Shown: one piece after another, positions 19,777-28,599 of the stretch
Position numbering within the stretch: the first letter of the stretch is position 1
How the letters are laid out: the number at the start of each line of letters is the position of its first letter
NCBI GenBank assembly: GCA_963782055.1
Contig: CAWAIF010000003.1
Location: 2,976,001 to 3,040,000 of the forward strand
Direction of reading: 5' to 3'
DNA: 64,000 nucleotides
Origin: an uncultured delta proteobacterium
GTDB taxonomy: Bacteria > Myxococcota_A > Polyangia > Polyangiales > Polyangiaceae
Program-made: the position numbers and the translations under genes
Notes under the pieces: model-generated
The model's database searches: none
What the model was told of the DNA's origin: nothing
The model's input: only the letters and a program-made list of their open reading frames with translations

Positions 19777-20481
19777 TCACGCCAGATCGAACACCAGCGC
19801 TTCCCCGCCTCCCTCGCCCCCCGCGATCACCAGCTCCCCGGCGTCGCTCGTCGACGCGCCGTCCCCCGCGGCCAGCGCCTCCCCGTTCACCGTCACCTTT
19901 CCCCGCGCCACCTGCACCCACGCGTGCCGTCCCGGCTTCACCGCGTGCACGACCTTCCCGCCCGCCTCGAGCACCGTCGCGTACACGCGCGCGTCGGCGT
20001 GGATCGTCACGCTCCCGTCCGCGCCCTCCGGCGACGCGATCAGCCGCAGCCGCCCGCGCTTGTCGGCGTCGTCGAAGCGCTTCTGCTCGTAGCTCGGGGC
20101 GTGCCCCGGTGCGTCGGGCATGATCCAGATCTGCAGGAAGTGAACGGGCTCGGTCGCCGACCCGTTCTGCTCGCTGTGCCGCACGCCGGTGCCGGCGCTC
20201 ATCCGCTGCACGTCGCCCGGGACGATGGTCCCCGCGGTGCCGGTGGAGTCCTGGTGCGCCAGCGCGCCCTCCAGCACGTAGGAGAGGATCTCCATGTCGC
20301 GGTGGCCGTGCGTGCCGAAGCCGTTCTTCGGCTTCACCCGGTCCTCGTTGATGACGCGCAGGGCGCGGAAGCCCATGTGCTCCGGGTCGTGGTAGTCGGC
20401 GAAGGAGAAGGTGTGGCGGGTGTCGAGCCAGCCGTGATCGAAGCGGCCACGATCGGCGGCGCGGCGGATGGTGAGCGTCAT
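19777..20481 (-). CDS. Pirin family protein (YhhW-like)
   Basis: HGWLDTRHTFSFADY, LRVINEDRV, GFGTHGHRDMEI, MSAGTGVRHSE, FLQIWI; GGAGG upstream. Confidence 0.93.
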   Translation of the reverse strand: MTLTIRRAADRGRFDHGWLDTRHTFSFADYHDPEHMGFRALRVINEDRVKPKNGFGTHGHRDMEILSYVLEGALAHQDSTGTAGTIVPGDVQRMSAGTGVRHSEQNGSATEPVHFLQIWIMPDAPGHAPSYEQKRFDDADKRGRLRLIASPEGADGSVTIHADARVYATVLEAGGKVVHAVKPGRHAWVQVARGKVTVNGEALAAGDGASTSDAGELVIAGGEGGGEALVFDLA

Positions 20482-20682
20482 GTCTTCCTCCAGGCCGAAA
20501 GGTGCCCGACATCCCTGTCGCCTGGCAATGGCGTCTTCGCGAGCAAAGCGAGCGCCGCGTGGGGTGGGGCCCCGAAGAACCGCGTCTTTCGGGGCGGGCG
20601 GCGCGTGCCGGCCCCGTGAGACAAGACCTAGATCGGACGAGCGCGACTCCGAATCGCGCTCGTTCATTTAGGATGACGGGTG

Positions 20683-21267
20683 ATGCCTCGCCGTTCCGCG
20701 CTCGCCGCGCTCGCCGCGCTCCTCTCGGTCGCCGCCCCCGCGTGGCCGCAGCCCGTCGCACAGGCGCACACGGCGACGCCGGCGGCCAGGGCGCCCCGCG
20801 ACTTCTGCCGGGGCTGCGCGGTCGCCCGCGCGATGAGGCGCGCTGGGCCCTTCACGGCCGCGCGCATCCTGGCGGAGTCCCCGCCCGGCCGGCGCTGGCG
20901 CCCCGGCACCGGCACCGGCGTCACGGTGTCGTTTCACGTGACGGTGCGCACGCGCGCGGGCGAGTTCGTGGTGCGCGCGCCGAGCAGCACGGAGGGCGTG
21001 CGGGAGCGCTTCGCCCAGACCTCCTCGCCGGTCGCGCTGAGGGCGGTCCGCGTGCGTGGCGCGGTGCGCGTGGTGGCGGAGTTCAGGGAGAGCGTCACCG
21101 GCGAGAGCACGCAGGCGCTGACGCGGGTCCTCGTGCTCTGCCAGGTCGCCGCGTCCGGCGTGCCGGCGTGCCTGGTGGTCCGGGGCGCCCGGCTCCTTCC
21201 GGACGGGGACGTAGAAGACGAGGGAGCCGGACCGAGCGCTCACCCCTGGACTCCCCTGTTTCCCTGA
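20683..21267 (+). CDS. Hypothetical secreted protein
   Basis: Signal peptide MPRRSALAALAALLSVAAPAWP; TAGGAT -10-like box just upstream. Confidence 0.5.
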   Translation: MPRRSALAALAALLSVAAPAWPQPVAQAHTATPAARAPRDFCRGCAVARAMRRAGPFTAARILAESPPGRRWRPGTGTGVTVSFHVTVRTRAGEFVVRAPSSTEGVRERFAQTSSPVALRAVRVRGAVRVVAEFRESVTGESTQALTRVLVLCQVAASGVPACLVVRGARLLPDGDVEDEGAGPSAHPWTPLFP

Positions 21268-21358
21268 AGCGCCACCGCCCGTCGAAGCCCAAAAGAGACA
21301 GAGGTCTGCTGGACGAGCGTCCAGTCGCTGGGCATAGTGCCCCCCTGGAGGCACGGGT

Positions 21359-23053
21359 TTGCGAAAGCTCACTGGCTTGCTTGGGCTCTGCGGTCTTGTG
21401 GTGGCGGCGGCCTGCGCGAAGGGCACCGGTGGGGTGGACGACACCATCCCCGGCACTGACGCGGGCGGCGGCGATGACGGCGGCCTGCCGGCGCTGGACG
21501 CGAGCGAGGGCGGCGGCCCCACCGACAGCGGCCCCCCGCCCGACGCGGGATGCGCACCCGGCACCTACGATCTCGACGGCGATCCCAAGAACGGCTGCGA
21601 GTACAAGTGCACGCCGACCAACAACGCGCCAAACGACCCGATTGACGGCACGTACACCGACGACAACTGCGACGGCAGCGACGGCGTCGTCGCCGATTGC
21701 GTCTACGTCGCGCAGGACGGCACCGACGATCCCAAGAACGGATCGCGCACCGCGCCGGTCAAGACGGTCGCCTACGGCATCACCCTCGCCAAGCAGCAGA
21801 AGAAGTCGGTGTGCCTCGCGGGGGACACCTTCGACGGCGAGGTGGACGTGGAGTCGGGCGTGAGCATCTACGGCGGCTTCGACGAGAAGGACAAGACGTT
21901 CCCCTTCCGCCGCGGGCCGGGCGCCACCAGCACCCTCTCGGCGAAGGGCACGGTCCTCTACGCGGCGACCGTCGACGCCGACACGCACCTCGAGGGCCTC
22001 ACCATCACCGCCCTCAGCCCCGACGCCGGCGACTACGGCGCGAGCGCCTATGGCGTGCGCAGCGTCGGCGGCACCGGCACCCTCTACGTGCGCTACGACA
22101 TCATGAACATCGGCGCCGGGCAGGACGGCGCGGCCGGCGCGAAGGGCGGGAACGGCGCGAACGGCAACAACGGCAGCCAGGGCACCAACGCGTGCAGCAA
22201 CTGCTCCAGCATCGGCTTCGGCAAGGGCGGATCGCCGGGCGGGGCTGCGGTGACGTCGTCCTGCGGCGGTGACTCGAGCGGCGCGGGCGGGCAGGGTGGC
22301 TACGACCAGGGCGGCGGCGCCACGGGCGGCACCACGACGGTCGCCGGCGGTCCCGCGGGCAGCGGCGGCGGGTGCAGCGTGGGCTTCTCCACCCTGGGCA
22401 GCGACGGCCAGCCTGGCAGCAAGCCGAGCAGCCCGGGCGCCTCCGGCAACGACGGCGCCGGTGGCGCGTCCAAGGGCGCGGTCTCCGCGATGGCCCTCTA
22501 CGTCCCCGCGATGGCCAACCCCGGTACGCAGGGTTACGCCGGCGGCTCGGGCTCCGGCGGCGGCGGCGGCGGCGGTGGTGCCGACTGCACCTTCTCGAAC
22601 CCGGATCGCGGCGCGGGCGGCGGCTCCGGCGGCACCGGCGGCTGCGGCGGGGCGTCCGGCAAGGCGGGGCAGGGCGGAGGCGGTAGCCTCGGCGTGCTGA
22701 TCTACGGCGGCACCGCCGTCGTCGGCGCGAACACCATCACCACGGGCAAGGGCGGCACCGGCGGCGCGGGCGGCGCGGGTGGCAGCGGGGGCGCGGGCGG
22801 CAGCGGCGCGCCGGGCGGCGGCACCGCGGACGACGGCCGCGCGGGCGGCGACGGCGGCGACGGCGCCGCGGGCGGGAGCGGCGGCAGCGGCGGCGGCGGC
22901 GGCGGCGGGCCGAGCGCGTGCCTCGCGTACATCAGCTCGGCCACGGTCACCGAGACGCCGCCGAACACGTGCACCCCCGGAGGCGGCGGCGCCGGCGGCA
23001 ACGCGCCGAAGGTCGGAGCGACGGGGTTCAGCGGGAGCAAGCTCACGTTCTAG
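21359..23053 (+). CDS. Gly-rich (PGRS-like) lipoprotein with DUF1565-like/beta-helix segment
   Basis: TTG start with GGAGG; lipobox AAAC; DDNCDGSDG; VYVAQDGTDDPKNGSRTAPVKT; long GGxGGxG tracts. Confidence 0.8.
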   Translation: MRKLTGLLGLCGLVVAAACAKGTGGVDDTIPGTDAGGGDDGGLPALDASEGGGPTDSGPPPDAGCAPGTYDLDGDPKNGCEYKCTPTNNAPNDPIDGTYTDDNCDGSDGVVADCVYVAQDGTDDPKNGSRTAPVKTVAYGITLAKQQKKSVCLAGDTFDGEVDVESGVSIYGGFDEKDKTFPFRRGPGATSTLSAKGTVLYAATVDADTHLEGLTITALSPDAGDYGASAYGVRSVGGTGTLYVRYDIMNIGAGQDGAAGAKGGNGANGNNGSQGTNACSNCSSIGFGKGGSPGGAAVTSSCGGDSSGAGGQGGYDQGGGATGGTTTVAGGPAGSGGGCSVGFSTLGSDGQPGSKPSSPGASGNDGAGGASKGAVSAMALYVPAMANPGTQGYAGGSGSGGGGGGGGADCTFSNPDRGAGGGSGGTGGCGGASGKAGQGGGGSLGVLIYGGTAVVGANTITTGKGGTGGAGGAGGSGGAGGSGAPGGGTADDGRAGGDGGDGAAGGSGGSGGGGGGGPSACLAYISSATVTETPPNTCTPGGGGAGGNAPKVGATGFSGSKLTF

Positions 23054-23093
23054 GGAAGGCCGATCATCCTCCCCGCCCGCAGGGCTGGCCCCC

Positions 23094-23690
23094 TTACTTC
23101 TTCTTCTTCCCGCCGCTCTCGCTCGCCGGCTCCACCAGCTCCACGTCCCACGGCACGACCGAGTCCACCGGGGCCGCGTACGGGGGAAACACCAGGTTCT
23201 TGAACGCCAGCTTGATGCACCTGCCCACCGGGTTGTCCCCGTAGGGCTCCGGCACGTCCACCGCGTGCACGTGTCCGTTGCGTCCGAGGTCCACGTGGAT
23301 GGTCAGCTGGCCCCACGGCCCGATCGCCTTGCCGTTGGCGTCGGTGGCCGCGCCGCAGTTGCCCTTGACCTGCACCGCGGCGCGCTTGAGCACCATCTCC
23401 ACGTTGTCCTTGTCGTAGGGCGTCTTCGGTTCGGCCGGGGCGGTCCCTCCGCCGGTGCCCGCGCCGTCGCCGCCGGAGGCCTCCCCGCCGCCGCCGGTGG
23501 AGCCGCCGCCGGAGCCGGGTCCCGATTCGTCCGGGGGCGCCACGCAGTCGCCGCCCTGCTTGGACGTGCCCGGCGGGCAATCGTCGTCGGTGCCGCCGCC
23601 GGGCGATTCCGCGGGCTTTCCACCACCACACGCGGCGACGAGGAGCGCCGCCGCGGCCATCCAGATGCTTGCACTGTGCAGATGTCTCAT
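23094..23690 (-). CDS. Lipoprotein with C-terminal TonB-C/AgmX-PglI-like domain
   Basis: Lipobox VAAC; Gly-rich linker; VKGNC...IHVDLGRNGHV...VGRCIKLAFKNLVFPPY. Confidence 0.7.
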   Translation of the reverse strand: MRHLHSASIWMAAAALLVAACGGGKPAESPGGGTDDDCPPGTSKQGGDCVAPPDESGPGSGGGSTGGGGEASGGDGAGTGGGTAPAEPKTPYDKDNVEMVLKRAAVQVKGNCGAATDANGKAIGPWGQLTIHVDLGRNGHVHAVDVPEPYGDNPVGRCIKLAFKNLVFPPYAAPVDSVVPWDVELVEPASESGGKKKK

Positions 23691-23777
23691 GACCACCCCA
23701 GGGTTGTCGTTGGACGCAGCGGGTGGAGCATAGCGCGATCGGCGCAGGTCGGCCTGATCCGCGTCCCCCTTCTTCTT

Positions 23778-23823
23778 CTCCCCCCTCTCCCTCGCAGGGA
23801 GCGGGAGGCCCGGAGGGGTGAGG
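23778..23823 (-). repeat. Interspersed BoxC/REP-like element, copy 1
   Basis: Minus strand CCTCACCCCTCCGGGCCTCCCGCTCCCTGCGAGGGAGAGGGGGGAG directly after a stop codon. Confidence 0.75.
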
Positions 23824-25794
23824 TTACTTGATGCTGATGTCCTCCAGCTGCGTGCCCCCGGCGTAGGCGTAGCTCACGTAGCTGTCGAAGCCGTACACCA
23901 CCACTCCCACCGGCTGGTCGGCCTGCACGTGGTGCACGCCGTCGTCCTGCTTGCCCGGGGCGATGTTGTCCGGCGCCGTCTTGGTGGGGTCGATCTGCGG
24001 GAAGGAGAGCTGGCAGCGGTACGCGAGGTACGGCGGGTCCTTCGCTCCGCGCTCGTCCGGCGTGAGGCCGTCGCCCGCGCCGATGTCGCACCGGGTGGAG
24101 TCGAGCGGCAGGCCGTCCAGGTAGACGTGCGCATCGAACGGGGCGGAGATGACGAGGAAGTCGAAGTCGTACTTGTCCGGCGTGAGCAGGACGTAGTCGC
24201 CGCGCCACTGCTCGATGGGCGCGACGAAGGTGATGCTGGGATCGCCGCCCGGCAGGCCGCGCGGGACGCCCGCCGCGTCCTGGCTCGCCTGCGTGTCCAT
24301 CACCACCGCGGGCTGCGAGGCGTCGAGCAGGAAGTCGCCGTAGGCGACCAGCGTCTTGTTGGCGCCAGGCCCGGCGAGGTCGAACTGATCCTGCGGCGGC
24401 GGGAGCGTGGTCTTGACGTGCGTCGTGCCGTCCGCCACCGCCATCACGCGGAAGTACTCCGGCTCGCCGACGACCCCGATGTTGCCGCCCGCCGCGGCCA
24501 CCACCTTGGAGCGCGTGGGCATGTGCGCGAGCGCGTAGGTCTTGCCCACCGCGCGCGCCGGCGTGAGCTGCTCCTCCAGGTGGTCGGCGCAGCAGAAGCG
24601 GTCGGCGATCTTGGTGAAGTCGGGGGCGTCGGAGGCCTCGCTCCCCGGGAAGACGGCCACCGGCTGGTCCGCCGAGACGGTGCTGCCGGTGAAGTCGCCG
24701 TTGAACTCGCCCGTCTCCAGGTTGAGCACCTCGAAGGGCTGGAGCGTGACGTCCGCCTCGCCCCCGGCGTCCAGGCCCTGCGCGAAGGGCCCGCCCGGGA
24801 TGATGCGCACCGCCGTCTTCAGGTGCACGTGGGTGTCCGGGCGCGTCCCGACGACGGTCAGGAAGGCGCGCAGGTCCTCGCCGAAGTTCTGCGAGGGCAC
24901 GTCGCTCTTGGCGATGGTCTGCGGCCACCCCAGCACCACGTACCCGCTGCCCGCCTGGCTGGAGAGCGCCGAGACCGGCAGGAGCTGGGAGGCGTCGTTG
25001 GAGAAGACGTTGACGTTCTCCAGCGGGTTGAACTGGTAAGCGACGATGGGCATCGACGCGCGGACCCGGAAGGCGTGGCGGGTGAGCGCGGTGCCGGTGC
25101 CGGTGTTGAACTCGCCGTCCGGCGAGCCGTCCACCTCCCGCGGGCCGAGCTTGAAGACCTCCAGGTTCTGCGGGGCGATGGTGGCGGTGGCCACGGTGCG
25201 GACGTCGGGTGGATCGCCCGGCGCGGAGTCGTCCTCCTCGACGGTCACGGTGGTGGCGACGTCCGGCTCGGCGTTGGAGACCACCACCGCGAACTGCTGC
25301 GCGGCGGCGTTGAGCGAGGCGCTCTCCACCGCGTTGTCCAGGTCCGCCGCCCAGTACTCGCACCCGATGTTGGAGTGGTGATCGTCGGCATACTGGCAGA
25401 GGTTGATGCACGCGCCGCCCCGGCACGCGACGCCGGCGCTCGGATCGCAGGTGTCGCCCTTGACGTAGGAGTCGCCGTCCGGCGCGCACGTCTCGGTCGT
25501 CTGCCCGTCACACGCCCCGAGGCCCGGCGAGCACCTGGTGCACTGCAGCAGCGCCGCCGCGCAGACCAGCCCGCGCGCGCCGCAGTCGTCGACGGTCTCG
25601 TAGCCGCTCTCGTCGTCCTTGCAGCGCGAGAGCACCTCACCGCGGCAGCTCACCGTCCCCGCCACGCACGGGTGCTGCACCTTCACCGGCGTATCGCGGT
25701 ACGCCGGATCGAACCGACAGGCCACCGCGAGCCCGAACGCGGCGAGCAGCAGCCGGTGAGCGTCAGTACGCGCCGTGGTACGAGTCGAACGCAT
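23824..25794 (-). CDS. Cys-rich lipoprotein with IgGFc-binding-protein N-terminal-like domain
   Basis: LAVAC lipobox; SNIGCEYWAADLDN; IVAYQFNPL..FSNDASQLLP; ADHLEEQ; GDPSITF; SYAYAGG. Confidence 0.8.
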   Translation of the reverse strand: MRSTRTTARTDAHRLLLAAFGLAVACRFDPAYRDTPVKVQHPCVAGTVSCRGEVLSRCKDDESGYETVDDCGARGLVCAAALLQCTRCSPGLGACDGQTTETCAPDGDSYVKGDTCDPSAGVACRGGACINLCQYADDHHSNIGCEYWAADLDNAVESASLNAAAQQFAVVVSNAEPDVATTVTVEEDDSAPGDPPDVRTVATATIAPQNLEVFKLGPREVDGSPDGEFNTGTGTALTRHAFRVRASMPIVAYQFNPLENVNVFSNDASQLLPVSALSSQAGSGYVVLGWPQTIAKSDVPSQNFGEDLRAFLTVVGTRPDTHVHLKTAVRIIPGGPFAQGLDAGGEADVTLQPFEVLNLETGEFNGDFTGSTVSADQPVAVFPGSEASDAPDFTKIADRFCCADHLEEQLTPARAVGKTYALAHMPTRSKVVAAAGGNIGVVGEPEYFRVMAVADGTTHVKTTLPPPQDQFDLAGPGANKTLVAYGDFLLDASQPAVVMDTQASQDAAGVPRGLPGGDPSITFVAPIEQWRGDYVLLTPDKYDFDFLVISAPFDAHVYLDGLPLDSTRCDIGAGDGLTPDERGAKDPPYLAYRCQLSFPQIDPTKTAPDNIAPGKQDDGVHHVQADQPVGVVVYGFDSYVSYAYAGGTQLEDISIK

Positions 25795-27808
25795 AGGCAC
25801 TCCACGCGCCGCTGTAGAGCTGGCCGGAGCGGAGCTGGGCGTACTGGAAGCCGTTGATCGACGCGACGTACGCGGTGGTCTGGATGGTGCCGTGCTGCGG
25901 GCCGAGCCCGGGCGCGATCTGCGAGAGGTCGGGCACCTTGAAGGAGAGCTTGCCCGGGCTGACGACGGTCCACACCGAGAGCCCGCCGCCCGAGGAGATC
26001 TGCACCTCCACCAGATCGATCGGGCCGCTCGCGGTCACGTCGACGCTGGTGCCGTCCCACTGACCCTGGCCGGGGGAGAGCGGCGTGGGCACCGGCAAGA
26101 AGCCGGTGAGGGCGACGGGCACGTTGGCGTCGTTCGTCTTGACGCCGGAGATGACCGAGGCCGGGTAGGAGAGGTACGGCCCCGTCGCCGCCTGCACGCC
26201 CAGCACGTAGCTCTCGCCGGTGAGGGCCCCGACGAGCGGCGGCACCCCGACGAAGGACACCGCCCCGGGGTGCGGGAGGAAATCGGTGCGGCGGCCCGTC
26301 GGCAGCAGGGCGTAGGTGCCTTGACCCACGCTCGTCGAGAGCAGCGACAGCATCCGGTCCGGCCCGCGGGTGGTCGACGCCGGCGGCGCGGGGGCCACCT
26401 GCACCTCGTGGTCCATCGGGATGTTCATCAGCACGTCGACCTGCGTCGTCTGATCGTTGGGGATGATGGGCACGCCCTTGACCACGCCCATCACGAAGGG
26501 AGAAAAGCGCGATGGCTGCACGCTGGTGTCCTCGATCCCGGCGAGGGCGTACAGGTTCTGGTTCCCCGGGTAGTAGGTGAGCGAGTACGCGTAGCCGTGG
26601 TCCCCGGCGGAATCCATGGTGGTGGCCGTCTTGGGGTCCGGCTGCACGTAGGCGTTCTGCGGATTGGTGGTGGCGACGAAGACATAGGCGGCGCGCCGCT
26701 GGTTCGGTCCGCTGGGCAGCGGTACGCCCGTCCAGTCGCCCTTGGCCTGGATCTCCCCGCCGATGGGGAAGACGAGCTGGCCGGACACCAGCCCGACGGA
26801 CCTGGGCTGCCCGCTGATGCTCTGCGGATCGCCGTTGGCGCAGGAGACGTCGAGCAGCGGCGAGAGGTACGCCGTCACGGTGTCCACAGGCACGTCGACG
26901 AAGGTCATCGGCTGGTGGCACTTCTCGGCGATCGTGACCGTCACCGCGCCGGTGAGCGAGCCGTCCTTGACGATGGCCGCGCCGGAGCCATCGGTGGTCT
27001 TGACCAGGGCGGTCTGCGCGTCACTGCCGACGATCGCCGTCGCGCCGGGGATGGCCATGCCGGTCCAGGCGTCCAGGGCGAGCACCTTGATCTGGCCGCT
27101 GAGCGCCCCGCCGGAGAGGCCGCCGCGGTAGCCGTCGGCGGAGTCGCCGTAGGTGAAGGCGTCGCGCGCCGAGACCGTGCTCTTGTCCTGCGCGGTCACG
27201 AGCACGTCCTTGCTGCCCGGCGAGTCGGCGCCCGTGGTGCAGAGCAGGTGCGTGGCGTCGACCACCTGCACGTCGGCGCACGGCTTGCCGTCGATCGTCA
27301 CCGCGGTGCCGTCCGCCCAGCTCGTGCCGCTGCCCTCGATCGCCACGCGCGTGCCGCCGGTGGTGGACCCCGTCTCCGGCACCAGGTGGATGGCGTCGTA
27401 GGTGAAGCCGGCGGGGAGCACGCGCTCCTTCGCCGTCTTGTCGTCGCGCACCATCACGTCCACCGGTCCCGGCTTGCCCGGCGGCATCGTGACCGCGGCG
27501 CGTGTCGGGTCGCTGGCGAAGACCGCGCTGGGGTCGATCTCCACGCCGGCGACGAAGACGCGCAGCCCGGAGGAGAAGCCGCGCCCGGAGATGACCGAGC
27601 GGGTGCCGCCGGTGAAGGGCCCGTGCGAGGGCGCGAGGCCCAGGATGGCGAAGGGATCGCCGAGATCCACGTCCAGCTTCTGCCCCGCGTCGCCGTCGCC
27701 GAAGTCGGTGGGCGGCGGCGTCCCGGCGTCGTCCGACTGCACGAGCGTGCGCGACGGCAGACACGCCGCCATCACCGCCGTCAGTGCGAGGACCCACCCA
27801 CGCCGCAT
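25763..27808 (-). CDS. IPT/TIG-domain lipoprotein with carboxypeptidase-regulatory-like domain
   Basis: MAAC lipobox; two IPT/TIG repeats (PSHGPFTGGTRSVISGRGF; PETGSTTGGTRVAIEGSG..AFTY); IPGATAIV..TTDGSG. Confidence 0.8.
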   Translation of the reverse strand: MRRGWVLALTAVMAACLPSRTLVQSDDAGTPPPTDFGDGDAGQKLDVDLGDPFAILGLAPSHGPFTGGTRSVISGRGFSSGLRVFVAGVEIDPSAVFASDPTRAAVTMPPGKPGPVDVMVRDDKTAKERVLPAGFTYDAIHLVPETGSTTGGTRVAIEGSGTSWADGTAVTIDGKPCADVQVVDATHLLCTTGADSPGSKDVLVTAQDKSTVSARDAFTYGDSADGYRGGLSGGALSGQIKVLALDAWTGMAIPGATAIVGSDAQTALVKTTDGSGAAIVKDGSLTGAVTVTIAEKCHQPMTFVDVPVDTVTAYLSPLLDVSCANGDPQSISGQPRSVGLVSGQLVFPIGGEIQAKGDWTGVPLPSGPNQRRAAYVFVATTNPQNAYVQPDPKTATTMDSAGDHGYAYSLTYYPGNQNLYALAGIEDTSVQPSRFSPFVMGVVKGVPIIPNDQTTQVDVLMNIPMDHEVQVAPAPPASTTRGPDRMLSLLSTSVGQGTYALLPTGRRTDFLPHPGAVSFVGVPPLVGALTGESYVLGVQAATGPYLSYPASVISGVKTNDANVPVALTGFLPVPTPLSPGQGQWDGTSVDVTASGPIDLVEVQISSGGGLSVWTVVSPGKLSFKVPDLSQIAPGLGPQHGTIQTTAYVASINGFQYAQLRSGQLYSGAWSAYAFDSYHGAY

Positions 27809-27891
27809 GGGCAGAAGGGTAGCACCCGCTTCGGCGCGCGGTCAGAAGAAGGCGCCGGGGAAGGGGGGCGAGGCCGCCCGGCGGCCGGACC

Positions 27892-28536
27892 TCAGTACGT
27901 ATAGTGGTCGCACACCACGCGAACGTCCTCGGCGTCGTACGCCACGTGGATCCGCTTCACCTCCGCGGCGTGCGCGCCCGGGAGGACGTACGCGGACAGA
28001 GTGGGCGGGATGCTGATGGGTTGAGGCATCCGGTCGCAGGTGCCCGCCTGCGACACCTCGCGCGTGCGCACCACGTGAGGAGCGGGCGTCAGATCCAGGA
28101 TCGCGCCGCCCGGGCCTCGCGCGAGGCGCGCCACGTCGCTGGTGCCCCGCGGGCGGGAGGGGACGATGGTCACCGCGTCGCCGGCGTCGGTCTTCGCGTC
28201 GACGGCGCCGGCGCGGAGCGCGGCGGAGAGCATGCCGGCGCAGGGGACGACGAGGGACCCGCCCTGGCTGCTGCGCTTCACGGTGACCTCCGCGGGGGCG
28301 GGTGTGGCGCCGTAGCCAGACCTGCACCGCTCCAGATCGCCGACGAAGAGCTGCTCCTCCGGCACGTCCATCACGGTCGCCCGGGCCGAGGCCAGCGCCT
28401 GCGCGAAGGCGCGCGCCTCGCTCTTGCCGTTGAAGTCGTCCACCTCGTCGTAGATCGCCCGCTTCGACGCCTCGGAGGTGTGGCCGCACCCCGCCACCGC
28501 CAGCGTCATCCCCACGAGCAGCAGGCGCGCGTGCAT
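27892..28536 (-). CDS. Hypothetical lipoprotein
   Basis: C-terminal part of ORF 27892..29847; MHARLLLVGMTLAVAGC. Confidence 0.65.
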   Translation of the reverse strand: MHARLLLVGMTLAVAGCGHTSEASKRAIYDEVDDFNGKSEARAFAQALASARATVMDVPEEQLFVGDLERCRSGYGATPAPAEVTVKRSSQGGSLVVPCAGMLSAALRAGAVDAKTDAGDAVTIVPSRPRGTSDVARLARGPGGAILDLTPAPHVVRTREVSQAGTCDRMPQPISIPPTLSAYVLPGAHAAEVKRIHVAYDAEDVRVVCDHYTY

Positions 28537-28599
28537 CGCGAGGATGTTAGCGGCGATTTGGCGGTTTGCCATGGCCAGCCGACCGCCTAGTCTGGCCCG

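Noticed and set aside
21359..23053. Mycobacterial PE-PGRS gene or horizontal transfer
   Set aside because: No PE domain. It has a lipobox and host-like codon usage, so the similarity is only Gly-rich low complexity.
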